Under the pieces are notes generated by a model, which worked only from the letters and a program-made list of their open reading frames with translations, made no database searches and had not been told where the DNA came from. A DNA stretch of 64,000 nucleotides from Candidatus Parcubacteria bacterium (lineage in GTDB: Bacteria > Patescibacteriota > Microgenomatia > UBA12405), in the NCBI GenBank assembly GCA_023396915.1, contig JAEWUV010000006.1, positions 21,129 through 85,128 of the forward strand. The letters run 5' to 3'. Positions 54,862-64,000 of the stretch are shown here, in pieces. The translations under genes were made by a program, and so were the position numbers. How positions within the stretch are numbered: the first letter of the stretch is position 1; the number at the start of each line of letters is the position of its first letter.

Positions 54862-54898
54862 GAAAATTAAGTCGTAAAAAATTAGTTTTACCTTTTGG

Positions 54899-54972
54899 TG
54901 GTTGTTAGAGGACTCGGACCTCTGACCTCTTCGATGTGAACGAAGCGCTCTAACCAACTGAGCTAAACAACC
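54899..54972 (-). tRNA. tRNA-Val(CAC), CCA encoded
   Basis: Reverse complement GGTTGTTTAGCTCAGTTGGTTAGAGCG-cttcg-TTCACAT-cgaag...GGTCCGAGTCC...AACAACCACCA. Confidence 0.8.
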
Positions 54973-55014
54973 AAGATTATGGCTTTTGGTAATTATATCA
55001 GTTAGAATGAAGTC

Positions 55015-55605
55015 ATGAAAAATAGATATAAAAGTCAGTATGGATTTGCTTTGGGTAATTTTTTACTTGAATTTATTCAGTCGATAGTTTTGGCTTTGTC
55101 GGTTTTTGTGGTGATTTATTTATTTGTAGCTCAGCCAAATGAAGTTAAAGGAAGTTCTATGTATCCTAATTTTGAAGATAAAGAGTATTTGTTAACAGAA
55201 AAATTGAGTTATCAGTTTGGCGATCCCAAACGGGGTGATGTGGTAATTTTTAAAGCTCCGGCTAGTGAACCCTGTTCGGCTGATGAGTGTGAATATATTA
55301 AACGGGTCATTGGTGTCCCAGGAGACAAAGTTATGGTGAAAGAAGGTGATGTTTATGTGAATGGGGAAATGTTGGATCAGTCTTTTTTGCCGGTAATGGT
55401 TTATACTTCGGCAGGTGAGTATGCACAAGAAGGGGTAGAAGTAACGGTGCCAGAAGGACAATATTTGTGTTTTGGGGATAATAGGCCTAACTCTAGAGAT
55501 GGACGTGAATTTGGGCCGATAGAGAGAGATTCTATTATCGGAAAAGCCTTTTTTATTTATTGGCCTTTATCAAAAGTTTCATTAGTACCAAAAGTTAGAA
55601 TTTAG
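55015..55605 (+). CDS. lepB: signal peptidase I
   Basis: Box B GSSMYP (Ser nucleophile). Box D RVIGVPGD (Lys region). Box E GDNRPNSRDGR. Confidence 0.85.
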   Translation: MKNRYKSQYGFALGNFLLEFIQSIVLALSVFVVIYLFVAQPNEVKGSSMYPNFEDKEYLLTEKLSYQFGDPKRGDVVIFKAPASEPCSADECEYIKRVIGVPGDKVMVKEGDVYVNGEMLDQSFLPVMVYTSAGEYAQEGVEVTVPEGQYLCFGDNRPNSRDGREFGPIERDSIIGKAFFIYWPLSKVSLVPKVRI

Positions 55606-56456
55606 TCTTCTGTTTTAAGGTCGGTTAAATCTTTTTTACAAACTTGTTTGTATAATTCTTTGAGATTTTGAAAGCGTTGATCAATTCCACCTTTGAATTG
55701 AAAAGTGATTTGGGTTAGAACATTTGTTTGAACTATTTTGACATTAGTAGTTTTGTCGTCAAAAAAATCTTTGAAATCAGTACTAATATTATCTAGTTTT
55801 GATTTTAAAAATTGAGGTAAATTTTCTTTGGTAATGGGAACACTTCCCTCTTGAATTTTTTTCTTCATCCGACGGGCAATATCTTCGGCACGACGGACAG
55901 AGGCCTTTTCGCGGAGGACTATTTTGTAAGCTTCAATGGTTAAACGAGTATCCCCTATATTAGATAAAGCTCGGGCGTGCCCTTCGCTGATAAGACCAGA
56001 AAGAAGGCCGTCTTTGAGAGCGTCTGGGAGAGTTAATAATTTAAGGCAATTAATAACATAAGGAACACTTTTACTAACTTTTTTGGCAATTTGATGATTG
56101 TCAAACTGGAATTCTTCTTTTAGCCTTAAGAAGGCTTTGGCTCGTTCGATTGGATTTAAATCTTTTCTTTGGACATTTTCAACGATAGCCATTTCTAACA
56201 TTTGTTGAGGGTTGGTTTCTTTGATAATGGCAGGGACATATTCTAGTTTTAGAAATCTAGCAGCCCGCCAACGGCGTTCACCGGCAATAATTTGATAACC
56301 GGCTGGAGTTTTGGCAATAATTAATGGCTCTAATATGCCATGTTCTTTGATGGAGTCTATGAGTTCAGTTATAGATTCAGGAGCAATGTTTCCGCGAGGT
56401 TGAAGAGGATTAGGTTCTAGTTGGTTGGTGGGGATTTGAGTAATTTGTTTAAACAT
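55602..56456 (-). CDS. parB: ParB/Spo0J chromosome partitioning protein
   Basis: ParB box IIAGERRWRAARFL, an HTH and the N-terminal ParB domain. No parA adjacent in this window. Confidence 0.8.
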   Translation of the reverse strand: MFKQITQIPTNQLEPNPLQPRGNIAPESITELIDSIKEHGILEPLIIAKTPAGYQIIAGERRWRAARFLKLEYVPAIIKETNPQQMLEMAIVENVQRKDLNPIERAKAFLRLKEEFQFDNHQIAKKVSKSVPYVINCLKLLTLPDALKDGLLSGLISEGHARALSNIGDTRLTIEAYKIVLREKASVRRAEDIARRMKKKIQEGSVPITKENLPQFLKSKLDNISTDFKDFFDDKTTNVKIVQTNVLTQITFQFKGGIDQRFQNLKELYKQVCKKDLTDLKTED

Positions 56457-56536
56457 GAATTAGGTTACTATGAAAAGCGTCGTGAAAAAAGGAGACAAAA
56501 GTGGTTCAAATGAAGTCAAAAGGGCAATTAAAAAAA

Positions 56537-56788
56537 TTATTTCTTTACGATAGAAACGAAATTCTTACCAAACTTTTTGAAGAATTTAATAATACCTGGT
56601 TTGACAGCATAAAGTGTATAGTCCTTTCCGGTTTTGACACCATTGCCAGCACGGAAACTAGATCCAACCTGACGAACAATAATTTGACCAACAGTGGCTT
56701 TTTGACCACCGAATTTTTTAACCCCCCGACGTTGTCCGGGACGATTGGCTTTTTGATTGGTTTTACCCTGTGATTTTGTATGTGCCAT
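56537..56788 (-). CDS. rpmA: 50S ribosomal protein L27
   Basis: MAHTKSQGKTNQKANRPGQRRGVKKFGG... matches L27 N-terminal conservation. Confidence 0.85.
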   Translation of the reverse strand: MAHTKSQGKTNQKANRPGQRRGVKKFGGQKATVGQIIVRQVGSSFRAGNGVKTGKDYTLYAVKPGIIKFFKKFGKNFVSIVKK

Positions 56789-56795
56789 AGTTTAG

Positions 56796-57113
56796 TTATT
56801 TAGTTGAAATTTTAGTAATTTGGATTTGAGTTAGTTGAGGGCGGAAACCCATGGTTTTACGGTAACGAGATTTTGACTTGTATTTAAAAACTCTTAATTT
56901 TTTACCTTGATAATTTTTAATAACAGTAAATTCAACTTTGGAATCTTTGACAGTTGGAGTTCCAACTTTGACGGTTTTATCATCGGCAATCAGCAAGACT
57001 TGATCGGTTGACGATTTTTCACCTTCTTTAAGGTTTAAGTTGTTGACGTCTAATTTTTGATTTTCTTCAACTTTGAATTGTGAGCCACTAATGGCGATAA
57101 CGGCGTATTTCAT
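56796..57113 (-). CDS. rplU: 50S ribosomal protein L21
   Basis: MKYAVIAISGSQFKVEE...VFKYKSKSRYRK is an L21 pattern. Directly upstream of rpmA. Confidence 0.85.
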   Translation of the reverse strand: MKYAVIAISGSQFKVEENQKLDVNNLNLKEGEKSSTDQVLLIADDKTVKVGTPTVKDSKVEFTVIKNYQGKKLRVFKYKSKSRYRKTMGFRPQLTQIQITKISTK

Positions 57114-57173
57114 ACTTTTCGATTATAGCATAGGAAAAATTGTAGACAAGGTTTAGAAAAAATCGTAGAAAAT

Positions 57174-58130
57174 TTATTTTTTTGTTCTTTGAATTAGTTT
57201 TTCTATCTCAGTTTTTCTTCTTTGTAATTCGTTTTCGGAAAGATTAATTAGTGTTAATTTATTCTTTGCTTCGTTAATTTGATTTTGGACGTGAGAAATA
57301 TGCCCCATCCAATATTCTTTTTTTTCTCCTTTTGTATTATTTGCTTTTTCAATAAATTGTTCGAAAGCCCAAATGGCCTGTTTTAAAAAGGGAATGTCTG
57401 GTTTATTGGATAGAGATTCTCCGAGAATTGGATAAAATCCTGGATATTCTGGATTACTTTCAATTGCTTGATAAGCTAGGTTTGTGGCCTCTTCATATCG
57501 TTCAGTAGAATTTAGTAAGTGACCTAATATAAAGTGATAATAATCATCTTTTTTAGAAGATTTTTTATTTAATTTACGACATACTTTGATACACTCTTCT
57601 TTGCAATCTTCTTCTTTAAGAATATCTGCTATGGTTTTTAAGCTTTTAAGTGTCAGCTCCTTATAGTTTGAAATCTTTTTCATATCTTCACCGACCCAAA
57701 AAACTAGACCTTTGGGTTTACTCCTTTTGGTGAGAGCAAGAATATTAGAAATATTTTGATTTCTAACATTTTCGTTCGTGAGAAATTCTTCGTTATCTAG
57801 TCTTTGTAGTGTGTTATCTGCAGTTACTATAACTAAGGTCTCAGGTCTTTGATGTGAATCTTCTAGTTTTAAATATTGAATATCAAGTTCTTGCAATAAG
57901 AATTCAGTAATTGCTGGTCCGCATAGCTTAAAACCTTGCATTTCTTTTTTTATAATGCCCACTATATCTCGTTCTTTTTGAGCAATTTGTTCTGGATCTG
58001 GATTTTCAACTTGGCGGAGTGAACCTAGTTCTGTTTTGAATTGGGTGACATCTAAAGAATCGTGAAAGGCTTGGTATTTATCTACTTGGGGCTCTAGTGA
58101 TGCTTTTGCTTCGACGGATGGGTTTGACAT
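57174..58130 (-). CDS. hypothetical protein (318 aa), helical/TPR-like C-terminus
   Basis: Intact ORF between ftsW/rodA and rplU. No recognisable motif. Confidence 0.4.
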   Translation of the reverse strand: MSNPSVEAKASLEPQVDKYQAFHDSLDVTQFKTELGSLRQVENPDPEQIAQKERDIVGIIKKEMQGFKLCGPAITEFLLQELDIQYLKLEDSHQRPETLVIVTADNTLQRLDNEEFLTNENVRNQNISNILALTKRSKPKGLVFWVGEDMKKISNYKELTLKSLKTIADILKEEDCKEECIKVCRKLNKKSSKKDDYYHFILGHLLNSTERYEEATNLAYQAIESNPEYPGFYPILGESLSNKPDIPFLKQAIWAFEQFIEKANNTKGEKKEYWMGHISHVQNQINEAKNKLTLINLSENELQRRKTEIEKLIQRTKK

Positions 58131-58162
58131 ACCTGGCGGTATTTTAACCTAAATTTTCTATT

Positions 58163-59161
58163 TTAGGAAGAGTAGATGATACCGAGTGAGAAGAGAAGAG
58201 TCATAATGGAGGAACCGCCGACCGATAGAAATGGTAAAGGGATTCCGGTGACCGGAAGAATACCTAAATTCATCCCGATGTTGACAAAAGCCTGCATCCA
58301 AATTTGAAGACCAATACCTAGACTAAATAAAAACAAAACACGATTGTTGGTGGACATAAAGGCTTTGATAAAGATTGTTTTGATTAGAAAATAGTAGGAA
58401 ATCAAAATTATAATTATCCCGACAATTCCAAGTTCTTCGGCGGTGGCGGCAAAGATAAAATCGGTGTGTTTTTCAGGTAAAAACAATAATTGTGCCTGAG
58501 TACCTTTTTTGTAACCTTTGCCCCAAAGACCACCAGAACCAATGGCTATTTTTGATTGGATAACGTTGTAACCCGTATCTAATGGATCTGATGATGGATT
58601 AATGAAATTGGTAATTCGCTCTCTTTGATAATCGTGGAGGACATATTTATAAATTAAAGGGGAAGTTATCACTAAAATAGATATAAGAAGTAGGGATATT
58701 TTGGCTAGTTTTTTGTTATATAAAACAATTGGAGTTAGTAAAAATAAGACAGAAATAGCGCTACCTAGGTCTGGTTGGAGCATGATGATTCCAACGGGAA
58801 TTAAGTGGAGCAAGGGGTATTGGGTATTGCTTAGAAATAACATTAGCCAGGGTTTAACGATTTCTGAAGGTTGAATGGAGGTAAAACCAAGGTCAATCCA
58901 ACGACGGGAACCACGAGTGATGTTATTGAGAAGTATTGGTATAAGAAGCAAAATGCATGAGCCAATAAAAATGAACCATTTTGAGGAGGCGATTTGTTTT
59001 GGATTGATTAAGCGACCAATGAAAAATAGTAAAACTCCAATTCCCCAGGCAATAAGTTGTTTGACTAATGAATTTGGAGCAACTGAACTTACCATTAAGA
59101 TATTGATAGAAAAAAGAAAAATCAGGCTAATTAAAACAGATAACCATGGCGTTTTAGACAT
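58163..59161 (-). CDS. ftsW: SEDS-family peptidoglycan glycosyltransferase (FtsW/RodA)
   Basis: 10-TM topology and SEDS motifs (GIPLPFLSVGGSS, DFIFAATAEELG). Confidence 0.8.
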   Translation of the reverse strand: MSKTPWLSVLISLIFLFSINILMVSSVAPNSLVKQLIAWGIGVLLFFIGRLINPKQIASSKWFIFIGSCILLLIPILLNNITRGSRRWIDLGFTSIQPSEIVKPWLMLFLSNTQYPLLHLIPVGIIMLQPDLGSAISVLFLLTPIVLYNKKLAKISLLLISILVITSPLIYKYVLHDYQRERITNFINPSSDPLDTGYNVIQSKIAIGSGGLWGKGYKKGTQAQLLFLPEKHTDFIFAATAEELGIVGIIIILISYYFLIKTIFIKAFMSTNNRVLFLFSLGIGLQIWMQAFVNIGMNLGILPVTGIPLPFLSVGGSSIMTLLFSLGIIYSS

Positions 59162-59170
59162 GATTTAATT

Positions 59171-61981
59171 TTAGCTGATTTTTTCTATTTTGAGTTCTTC
59201 TGCTTTGTTGATACTTTCAGCCAATGTTTTTGATTTAATTTCTGCTTCAAATTTTTGTGGCCATGTGGGGGCAAAAATTATGATTTTATCATCAAGATTA
59301 AGATTAGCTTCTTTTCGAAGGCTTTGAATTTGGCGGATTAAGTCACGGGAATCCCCTTCTTCTTTGAGTTCTGGGGTAATATTAGTGTCTAAAGTGACAA
59401 TTAAATTGTCTTTTGATGAGACAATTTCAATTTTTTTGACATTAATTTCATTTTTAATAATTTCTAAGAGTGAATCGGATAAATTGATTTTTTGGTTTGA
59501 GGAAATAGTCAGAAGTGATAAGGGTTGACGGGTACTAATTTGTTGGGTTTTCCTAGCCATATTACCCTGCTCGCAGATTTGTTGAACCAGACTCATATCG
59601 GAAGCTAATTTTTCGTCAAAATTTTTAGTTTCGGGATAATATTCAAGATGAATTGATTCCGGTTTTGAGGAGTCAATGTCAATAACTAGTTTTTGCCAAA
59701 AATATTCGGTAATAAAGGGGATAATTGGAGCAGTGGTAAGACTGAATTGAACTAAAACTTGCCATAAGGTTTGGAGGGCATTAGTGTCACCAGTAACAAA
59801 ACGGTCACGGGATTGACGAATGTACCAACGGGATAAGTCATTAACGAAAGGTTCTAACAATCTGGTAGCATTTGGTAAATTATAGTTTTCTAGTTGTTTA
59901 CTAATATTAATTGTCAGAGCGTTAATTTGATTTTGGATCCAAAGATCAAGAGGATTTTGGGAGTTATTTTCTTTGTTTGGGGCAAAGTTGTGTAAATCGG
60001 CGTAAGTTAAAAAATATTTAAATGAATTCCAAAGAGGTAATAAAATATTTTTGACTTGGTTATCGAATTCTTTTTCATCAAGATTGATATTTTCACCAAC
60101 CATAATGACACTTCCCATAAGATAAAGTCGCATGGCGTCTCCGCCATATTTTTGGAGAACCATTTTTGGGTCGGGGTAGTTTTTGAAAAGTTTACTCATT
60201 TTGCGACCGTCGGTACCCATCATGGTGCCAGTAACAACACAGTTTTTGAAACTTTCTGATTGAAATAAAGTGTTGCTCAAAACGTGAAGGGTATAAAACC
60301 AACCGCGGGTTTGGCCGATGTATTCGACGATGTAATCAGCAGGAAAACTTTTTTCAAAAAATTCTTTATTTTCAAAAGGGTAGTGGAGTTGGGCATAAGG
60401 CATGGCGCCGGATTCAAACCAACAGTCTAAGACTTCAGGAACGCGGTGAACTTTTTTGCCACATTTGTTACAAGTAATAGTGACTTCGTCAATTTCTGGT
60501 TTGTGAAGATTGGTAATTTTTTGACCTGATTTTTCTTCTAATTCGGCGATGCTTGAAGGAACGAATCTCTCACCGCATTCACATTCCCAAACAGGAATTG
60601 GTGAAGCCCAATAGCGAGAACGGGAAAGACACCAATCTGGAGCAGTTTCGATCCCCTGACCGAATCGGCCGTCTTTGATGTGGTCTGGAACCCAATTAAT
60701 TTTTTGATTGGTGATACGCATTTGGTCTTTTACTTTTTGGACATTGAGATACCAAGCGGTTTGAGATTTATAAATTAATGGCGTGCCACAGCGATAACAG
60801 AAAGGGTAACTATGAGTTATCCTTTCTTCTTTGAAAAGTAAATTACGATTTTTGAGATCTTCGATAACTAATGGATCGGCTTTTTTGACAAAAAGACCAG
60901 CGAATGGAGTAACTTGGCTAATAATTTTTCCTTCATCGTCAACATGGCTGATGAGCGATAATTTATTTTCTTTGCCAAAAGCAGAATCATCTTCACCAAA
61001 CGCAGGAGCAGTGTGAACTACACCGGTACCATCGGTCATAGAAACAAAATCAGCATGATAAATTTTGTAATCGTTATCCCCTGTTTCAAAAAAATGATAA
61101 AGAGGTTCGTAAGATAAACCGATTAATTCTTCTCCTTTAAAATCTTTGATAGTTTCATATTTTCGATCTCCTAAAACTGTTTCAACTCGGGCTTTGGCTA
61201 AAATTATATTTTCATTATTAACTTTAATTTCGGAATAAATTTCGTCTTTATTGACGGCAAGAGCTAAATTGGCCGGAAGAGTCCAAGGAGTAGTAGTCCA
61301 GGCTAAAATATAGGCATCACGGTCAGTTAATTTAAATTTGATAGAAATAGCTGGGTCTTCGACATCTTTGTAAGAATTATCCATGGCAATTTCAAAATTA
61401 GAAAGAGGGGTCGAACAACGAGGGCAAAATAAAGAGATACGATTACCTTTGTAAATTAAGTCTTTTTTGTAAATTTCGGAAAAAGCCCACATGACACTTT
61501 CCATATAAGGCAAATCCATGGTTTTGTAGGCGTGGTCTAAATCAACCCAACGACCAACATGGTCAACATACCAGGGCCATTCCTGGGAAACGTTTTGAAC
61601 GTAATCGTAACAAGTATCGATATATTTTTTGATTCCGACAGTTTCGATATCTTTTTTGTTTTTTAGACCTAATTGTTCTTCGACTTTATTTTCGGCCGGG
61701 AGTCCATGGCAATCCCATCCCCAGACACGGCGGACACGTTTGCCTTTCATAGTCCAATAACGAGGAATGACATCTTTGGCGATACTCGAAAGTAAATGGC
61801 CATGGTGAGGCATACCGGTAATGAAAGGAGGGCCGTCGTAAAAACTGTAAGCATTATCCTCTGGTCGTGATTCAACTGATTTTTCAAAAATTTTTTTATC
61901 CTTCCAAAATTTTATAGTTTCTTCTTCGAGTTGGGGGAAGTTTACGTACTGAGGTAAAGTTTTAGTTTTGAATTTAGACAT
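59171..61981 (-). CDS. ileS: isoleucyl-tRNA synthetase
   Basis: HIGH-region PHHGH. WTTTPWTLPAN (IleS editing/CP1 signature). KMSKL motif. 936 aa. Confidence 0.9.
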   Translation of the reverse strand: MSKFKTKTLPQYVNFPQLEEETIKFWKDKKIFEKSVESRPEDNAYSFYDGPPFITGMPHHGHLLSSIAKDVIPRYWTMKGKRVRRVWGWDCHGLPAENKVEEQLGLKNKKDIETVGIKKYIDTCYDYVQNVSQEWPWYVDHVGRWVDLDHAYKTMDLPYMESVMWAFSEIYKKDLIYKGNRISLFCPRCSTPLSNFEIAMDNSYKDVEDPAISIKFKLTDRDAYILAWTTTPWTLPANLALAVNKDEIYSEIKVNNENIILAKARVETVLGDRKYETIKDFKGEELIGLSYEPLYHFFETGDNDYKIYHADFVSMTDGTGVVHTAPAFGEDDSAFGKENKLSLISHVDDEGKIISQVTPFAGLFVKKADPLVIEDLKNRNLLFKEERITHSYPFCYRCGTPLIYKSQTAWYLNVQKVKDQMRITNQKINWVPDHIKDGRFGQGIETAPDWCLSRSRYWASPIPVWECECGERFVPSSIAELEEKSGQKITNLHKPEIDEVTITCNKCGKKVHRVPEVLDCWFESGAMPYAQLHYPFENKEFFEKSFPADYIVEYIGQTRGWFYTLHVLSNTLFQSESFKNCVVTGTMMGTDGRKMSKLFKNYPDPKMVLQKYGGDAMRLYLMGSVIMVGENINLDEKEFDNQVKNILLPLWNSFKYFLTYADLHNFAPNKENNSQNPLDLWIQNQINALTINISKQLENYNLPNATRLLEPFVNDLSRWYIRQSRDRFVTGDTNALQTLWQVLVQFSLTTAPIIPFITEYFWQKLVIDIDSSKPESIHLEYYPETKNFDEKLASDMSLVQQICEQGNMARKTQQISTRQPLSLLTISSNQKINLSDSLLEIIKNEINVKKIEIVSSKDNLIVTLDTNITPELKEEGDSRDLIRQIQSLRKEANLNLDDKIIIFAPTWPQKFEAEIKSKTLAESINKAEELKIEKIS

Positions 61982-62128
61982 AGCTTATTGTACAAAAAAA
62001 TCCTTCAAATAGAAGGATTTTGATATGCCACGGGTTTCCGACGAATCGGAACCGCAGCTATTTAATAATGATTTTTGAACTAAAAGGATTCACTGATGAA
62101 TATTATACCCTATTTGTATGTGGATTTT

Positions 62129-64000
62129 TTATTGTCTTTCCCAAATTACGTCCATATCTTTTATTTTGTATTCAGGATAGTAAGAAAATTGTTTCTCTTT
62201 TGAAAAACTAAAAATTTTATGTATTTGAGAAACTTTTTTATCAATAGATTGTTCAAAGATACCACCTCTACGATTTGTTCTAATTGCTTTATTTTGAGAA
62301 GTGGCAATGATATCAAATCCATTTTGACTGGCAAAATCTTTGAGATGGTCGTAAATTCCATTAAAAATTGATGATTCGTCTACGGAATAGAGATATGTAC
62401 TTGATGGGTTAAATGAGACAGTGAGAACTTTTTTACCATTTTCTTTGAAGTGGTGGAGTAAACATAATCCTCGACATTGATAATTTTCAGGATCTTGAAA
62501 AACCATCTGAAAGTAATTTGACATATCCCATTGATTTAGTTTTTGCTTTATACCGCTTGTATCAATTGGGTTATCACCAGAAACACAGACACCTCCAACC
62601 ATACGAGCATTAGCGCTAGATTTAGTTTTAGTAATGTAGGCATTTAAGACCTCTCTTTGTGTGCCATTTTCAGAAACATATTTAGAAAGTTCGGTATCGA
62701 GTTGTGATTTTTCATCTACAAAGATGTTAATAAACTTTTGAGCGGTATAAGCCAAAAATTCATCTTGATTATAATTACCACTTTCTATAGATTGATTTAA
62801 ATTCAGTGCCTGTTGAAGATTAATTTCATCAAGATGAATTGATCGAGGATCAATATAATCACTACCTAATTGTTTTAATAATGCAAAGGTTTTTTCTCGT
62901 TGAGAACGAAGTTGGCCATAGAAGGCTTGAGTGTTTTTGTCTGGTGAATTTGATTTTTGTTCAGTTAACCCTTGTGTAACAGTTTCGTAAATATGAAGCA
63001 TTCTTTTAACTTGGTCTGAAGTAAAAATTTTATCAGGAAAACGTCGTTTTAGAGTTTTTGCAAGTTGATCAACAAATCCATCGGCTAAACCAAGTTTGTC
63101 AGTTTGAAGCTTATTTAAATTGTTTTGAGTTGATTGTTGAGATTCTTGCTGAGTTAAACTTTTGAAATAAGTTGGAAGAAGTTGACTGATTTGTGGATTG
63201 GCGGAAACTGATTCAATAATTCGTTTGTTAACTTCTTTGATTCGGTCAGAATAGAAATTACTTAGTTCACAAAGATGAGCATAATCTGGGTTATTAGACT
63301 GGCTAACTTTATCATTAGTTCCTTGAATAAAGTTTCTAATATCTTCAAAATTAACAAATTCATAAGTAATTAAGAGATGCTTTAGGTCATTAGAGTCGAT
63401 GTTTTGGTGGTGATAGATTGATTCTGAAGTGATAATAAATAATTTGTCTTCGATAGATAATCTTGATAAATCAATATCTGGAAGATTAATTTGAGTAAGA
63501 ATTTTATCGGCTTGTTGGTGAAGTTGTTGATTTGCCAATTCTTTGTCAAAATTAATAATTCGTAGATTTTCTAAAACTTGAAGAATTGGTTTTTCGAGTT
63601 GAATTTGGAGATTAGGGTTTACCTGTTCTCCATCTTTAATTTTGATTTCGCTTTGACTTAATAAATCAATTTGATAAACATCTTTAATATTAAATTGCGA
63701 TAAATCGCTGCTTCTGTCAGAGCAAGAATGGTTAGATTCGTAACTAGTATATTGACCGACATTATTGGGATAAACATGCTGAATTAAATCTTGATAGTAT
63801 GGAGATTGATATTCTATCTCACTAAGGCCTTTTGATGATGTTAGTTTTTGAGCAATTTCTTTAAGACTAGAGATAAATAATTTTTCTGTGTGATTTTGTT
63901 TTGCTTCTTTGTAATCATTAATAATATTTGGAGTTAAAACAGAAAATTCATTTAAAAATTCTAAAACTAATGTTTTATCTTCTTTTGTAATTACTTTAGA
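62129..64000 (-). CDS. large hypothetical protein, 5'-partial (reading frame stays open to the window edge)
   Basis: The listed ORF (62129-63538) begins at an in-frame TTG. The frame has no stop upstream through 64000. The C-terminal ~150 aa are rich in conserved-looking Cys/His/Asp (GVCVSGDNPID, CRGLCLLHHF). Confidence 0.45.
   Translation of the reverse strand, partial: SKVITKEDKTLVLEFLNEFSVLTPNIINDYKEAKQNHTEKLFISSLKEIAQKLTSSKGLSEIEYQSPYYQDLIQHVYPNNVGQYTSYESNHSCSDRSSDLSQFNIKDVYQIDLLSQSEIKIKDGEQVNPNLQIQLEKPILQVLENLRIINFDKELANQQLHQQADKILTQINLPDIDLSRLSIEDKLFIITSESIYHHQNIDSNDLKHLLITYEFVNFEDIRNFIQGTNDKVSQSNNPDYAHLCELSNFYSDRIKEVNKRIIESVSANPQISQLLPTYFKSLTQQESQQSTQNNLNKLQTDKLGLADGFVDQLAKTLKRRFPDKIFTSDQVKRMLHIYETVTQGLTEQKSNSPDKNTQAFYGQLRSQREKTFALLKQLGSDYIDPRSIHLDEINLQQALNLNQSIESGNYNQDEFLAYTAQKFINIFVDEKSQLDTELSKYVSENGTQREVLNAYITKTKSSANARMVGGVCVSGDNPIDTSGIKQKLNQWDMSNYFQMVFQDPENYQCRGLCLLHHFKENGKKVLTVSFNPSSTYLYSVDESSIFNGIYDHLKDFASQNGFDIIATSQNKAIRTNRRGGIFEQSIDKKVSQIHKIFSFSKEKQFSYYPEYKIKDMDVIWERQ

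Noticed and set aside
56501-56773. 90-aa plus-strand ORF
   Set aside because: It is antisense to the well-supported rpmA (L27) gene. Other internal antisense ORFs in the track (e.g. 448-720, 3248-3529, 27119-27571, 33491-34876) were rejected for the same reason.
61982-62128. T-box leader upstream of ileS
   Set aside because: The 147-nt leader is too short for a T-box. There is no T-box consensus (AATTAGGGTGGNACCGCG) or specifier-loop architecture. Only a small hairpin and a terminator-like stem are present.

Overview
This window is a low-GC, densely coded bacterial region with genes on both strands, about 70 CDS and 15 tRNAs. There are no rRNA genes, CRISPR arrays, integrases or transposases. 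The content looks like a small-genome anaerobic fermenter, possibly a CPR/Patescibacteria-like lineage, but that lineage call is inference only. Glycyl-radical enzymes are prominent: pflB-focA-pflA and nrdD-nrdG (class III RNR), alongside PEP synthase and a butyrate/acetate-type kinase. Housekeeping genes include dnaE, ileS, ispG, lepB, lgt, ftsW/rodA, parB, the ribosomal proteins L19/L21/L27, tgt, a MiaB-like methylthiotransferase, coaBC, ndk, ung, maf, lexA, rsmI, htpX-lemA and a PolX-like polymerase. tRNAs sit in five places: Leu/Pro/Gly, a five-tRNA cluster (Leu/Phe/Gly/Val/Leu), Gln, Glu, Lys, Asp, Gly/Thr and Val. Several items stand out:
- A purine block carries two tandem archaeal-type PurP (FAICAR synthetase) paralogs, a divergent PurA and a PRTase-like gene.
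- A cobalamin-riboswitch-like leader with a terminator lies directly upstream of nrdDG.
- A 609-aa protein has a C-terminal half that resembles ADP-dependent sugar kinases and sits in an uncharacterised block beside a P-loop kinase.
- A guanylate-kinase homolog has a degenerate Walker A motif and an N-terminal extension.
- A radical SAM protein has CX4CX2C cysteine spacing.
- A cell-envelope operon (transglutaminase-like, holin-like, SecG-like, SBP-like) is transcribed divergently from lexA.
- An 849-aa secreted lipase with a Pro/Thr linker lies next to a glycosyltransferase/O-antigen-ligase-like cluster.
Coordinates for RNA genes and motifs were hand-counted and may be off by 1-2 nt.
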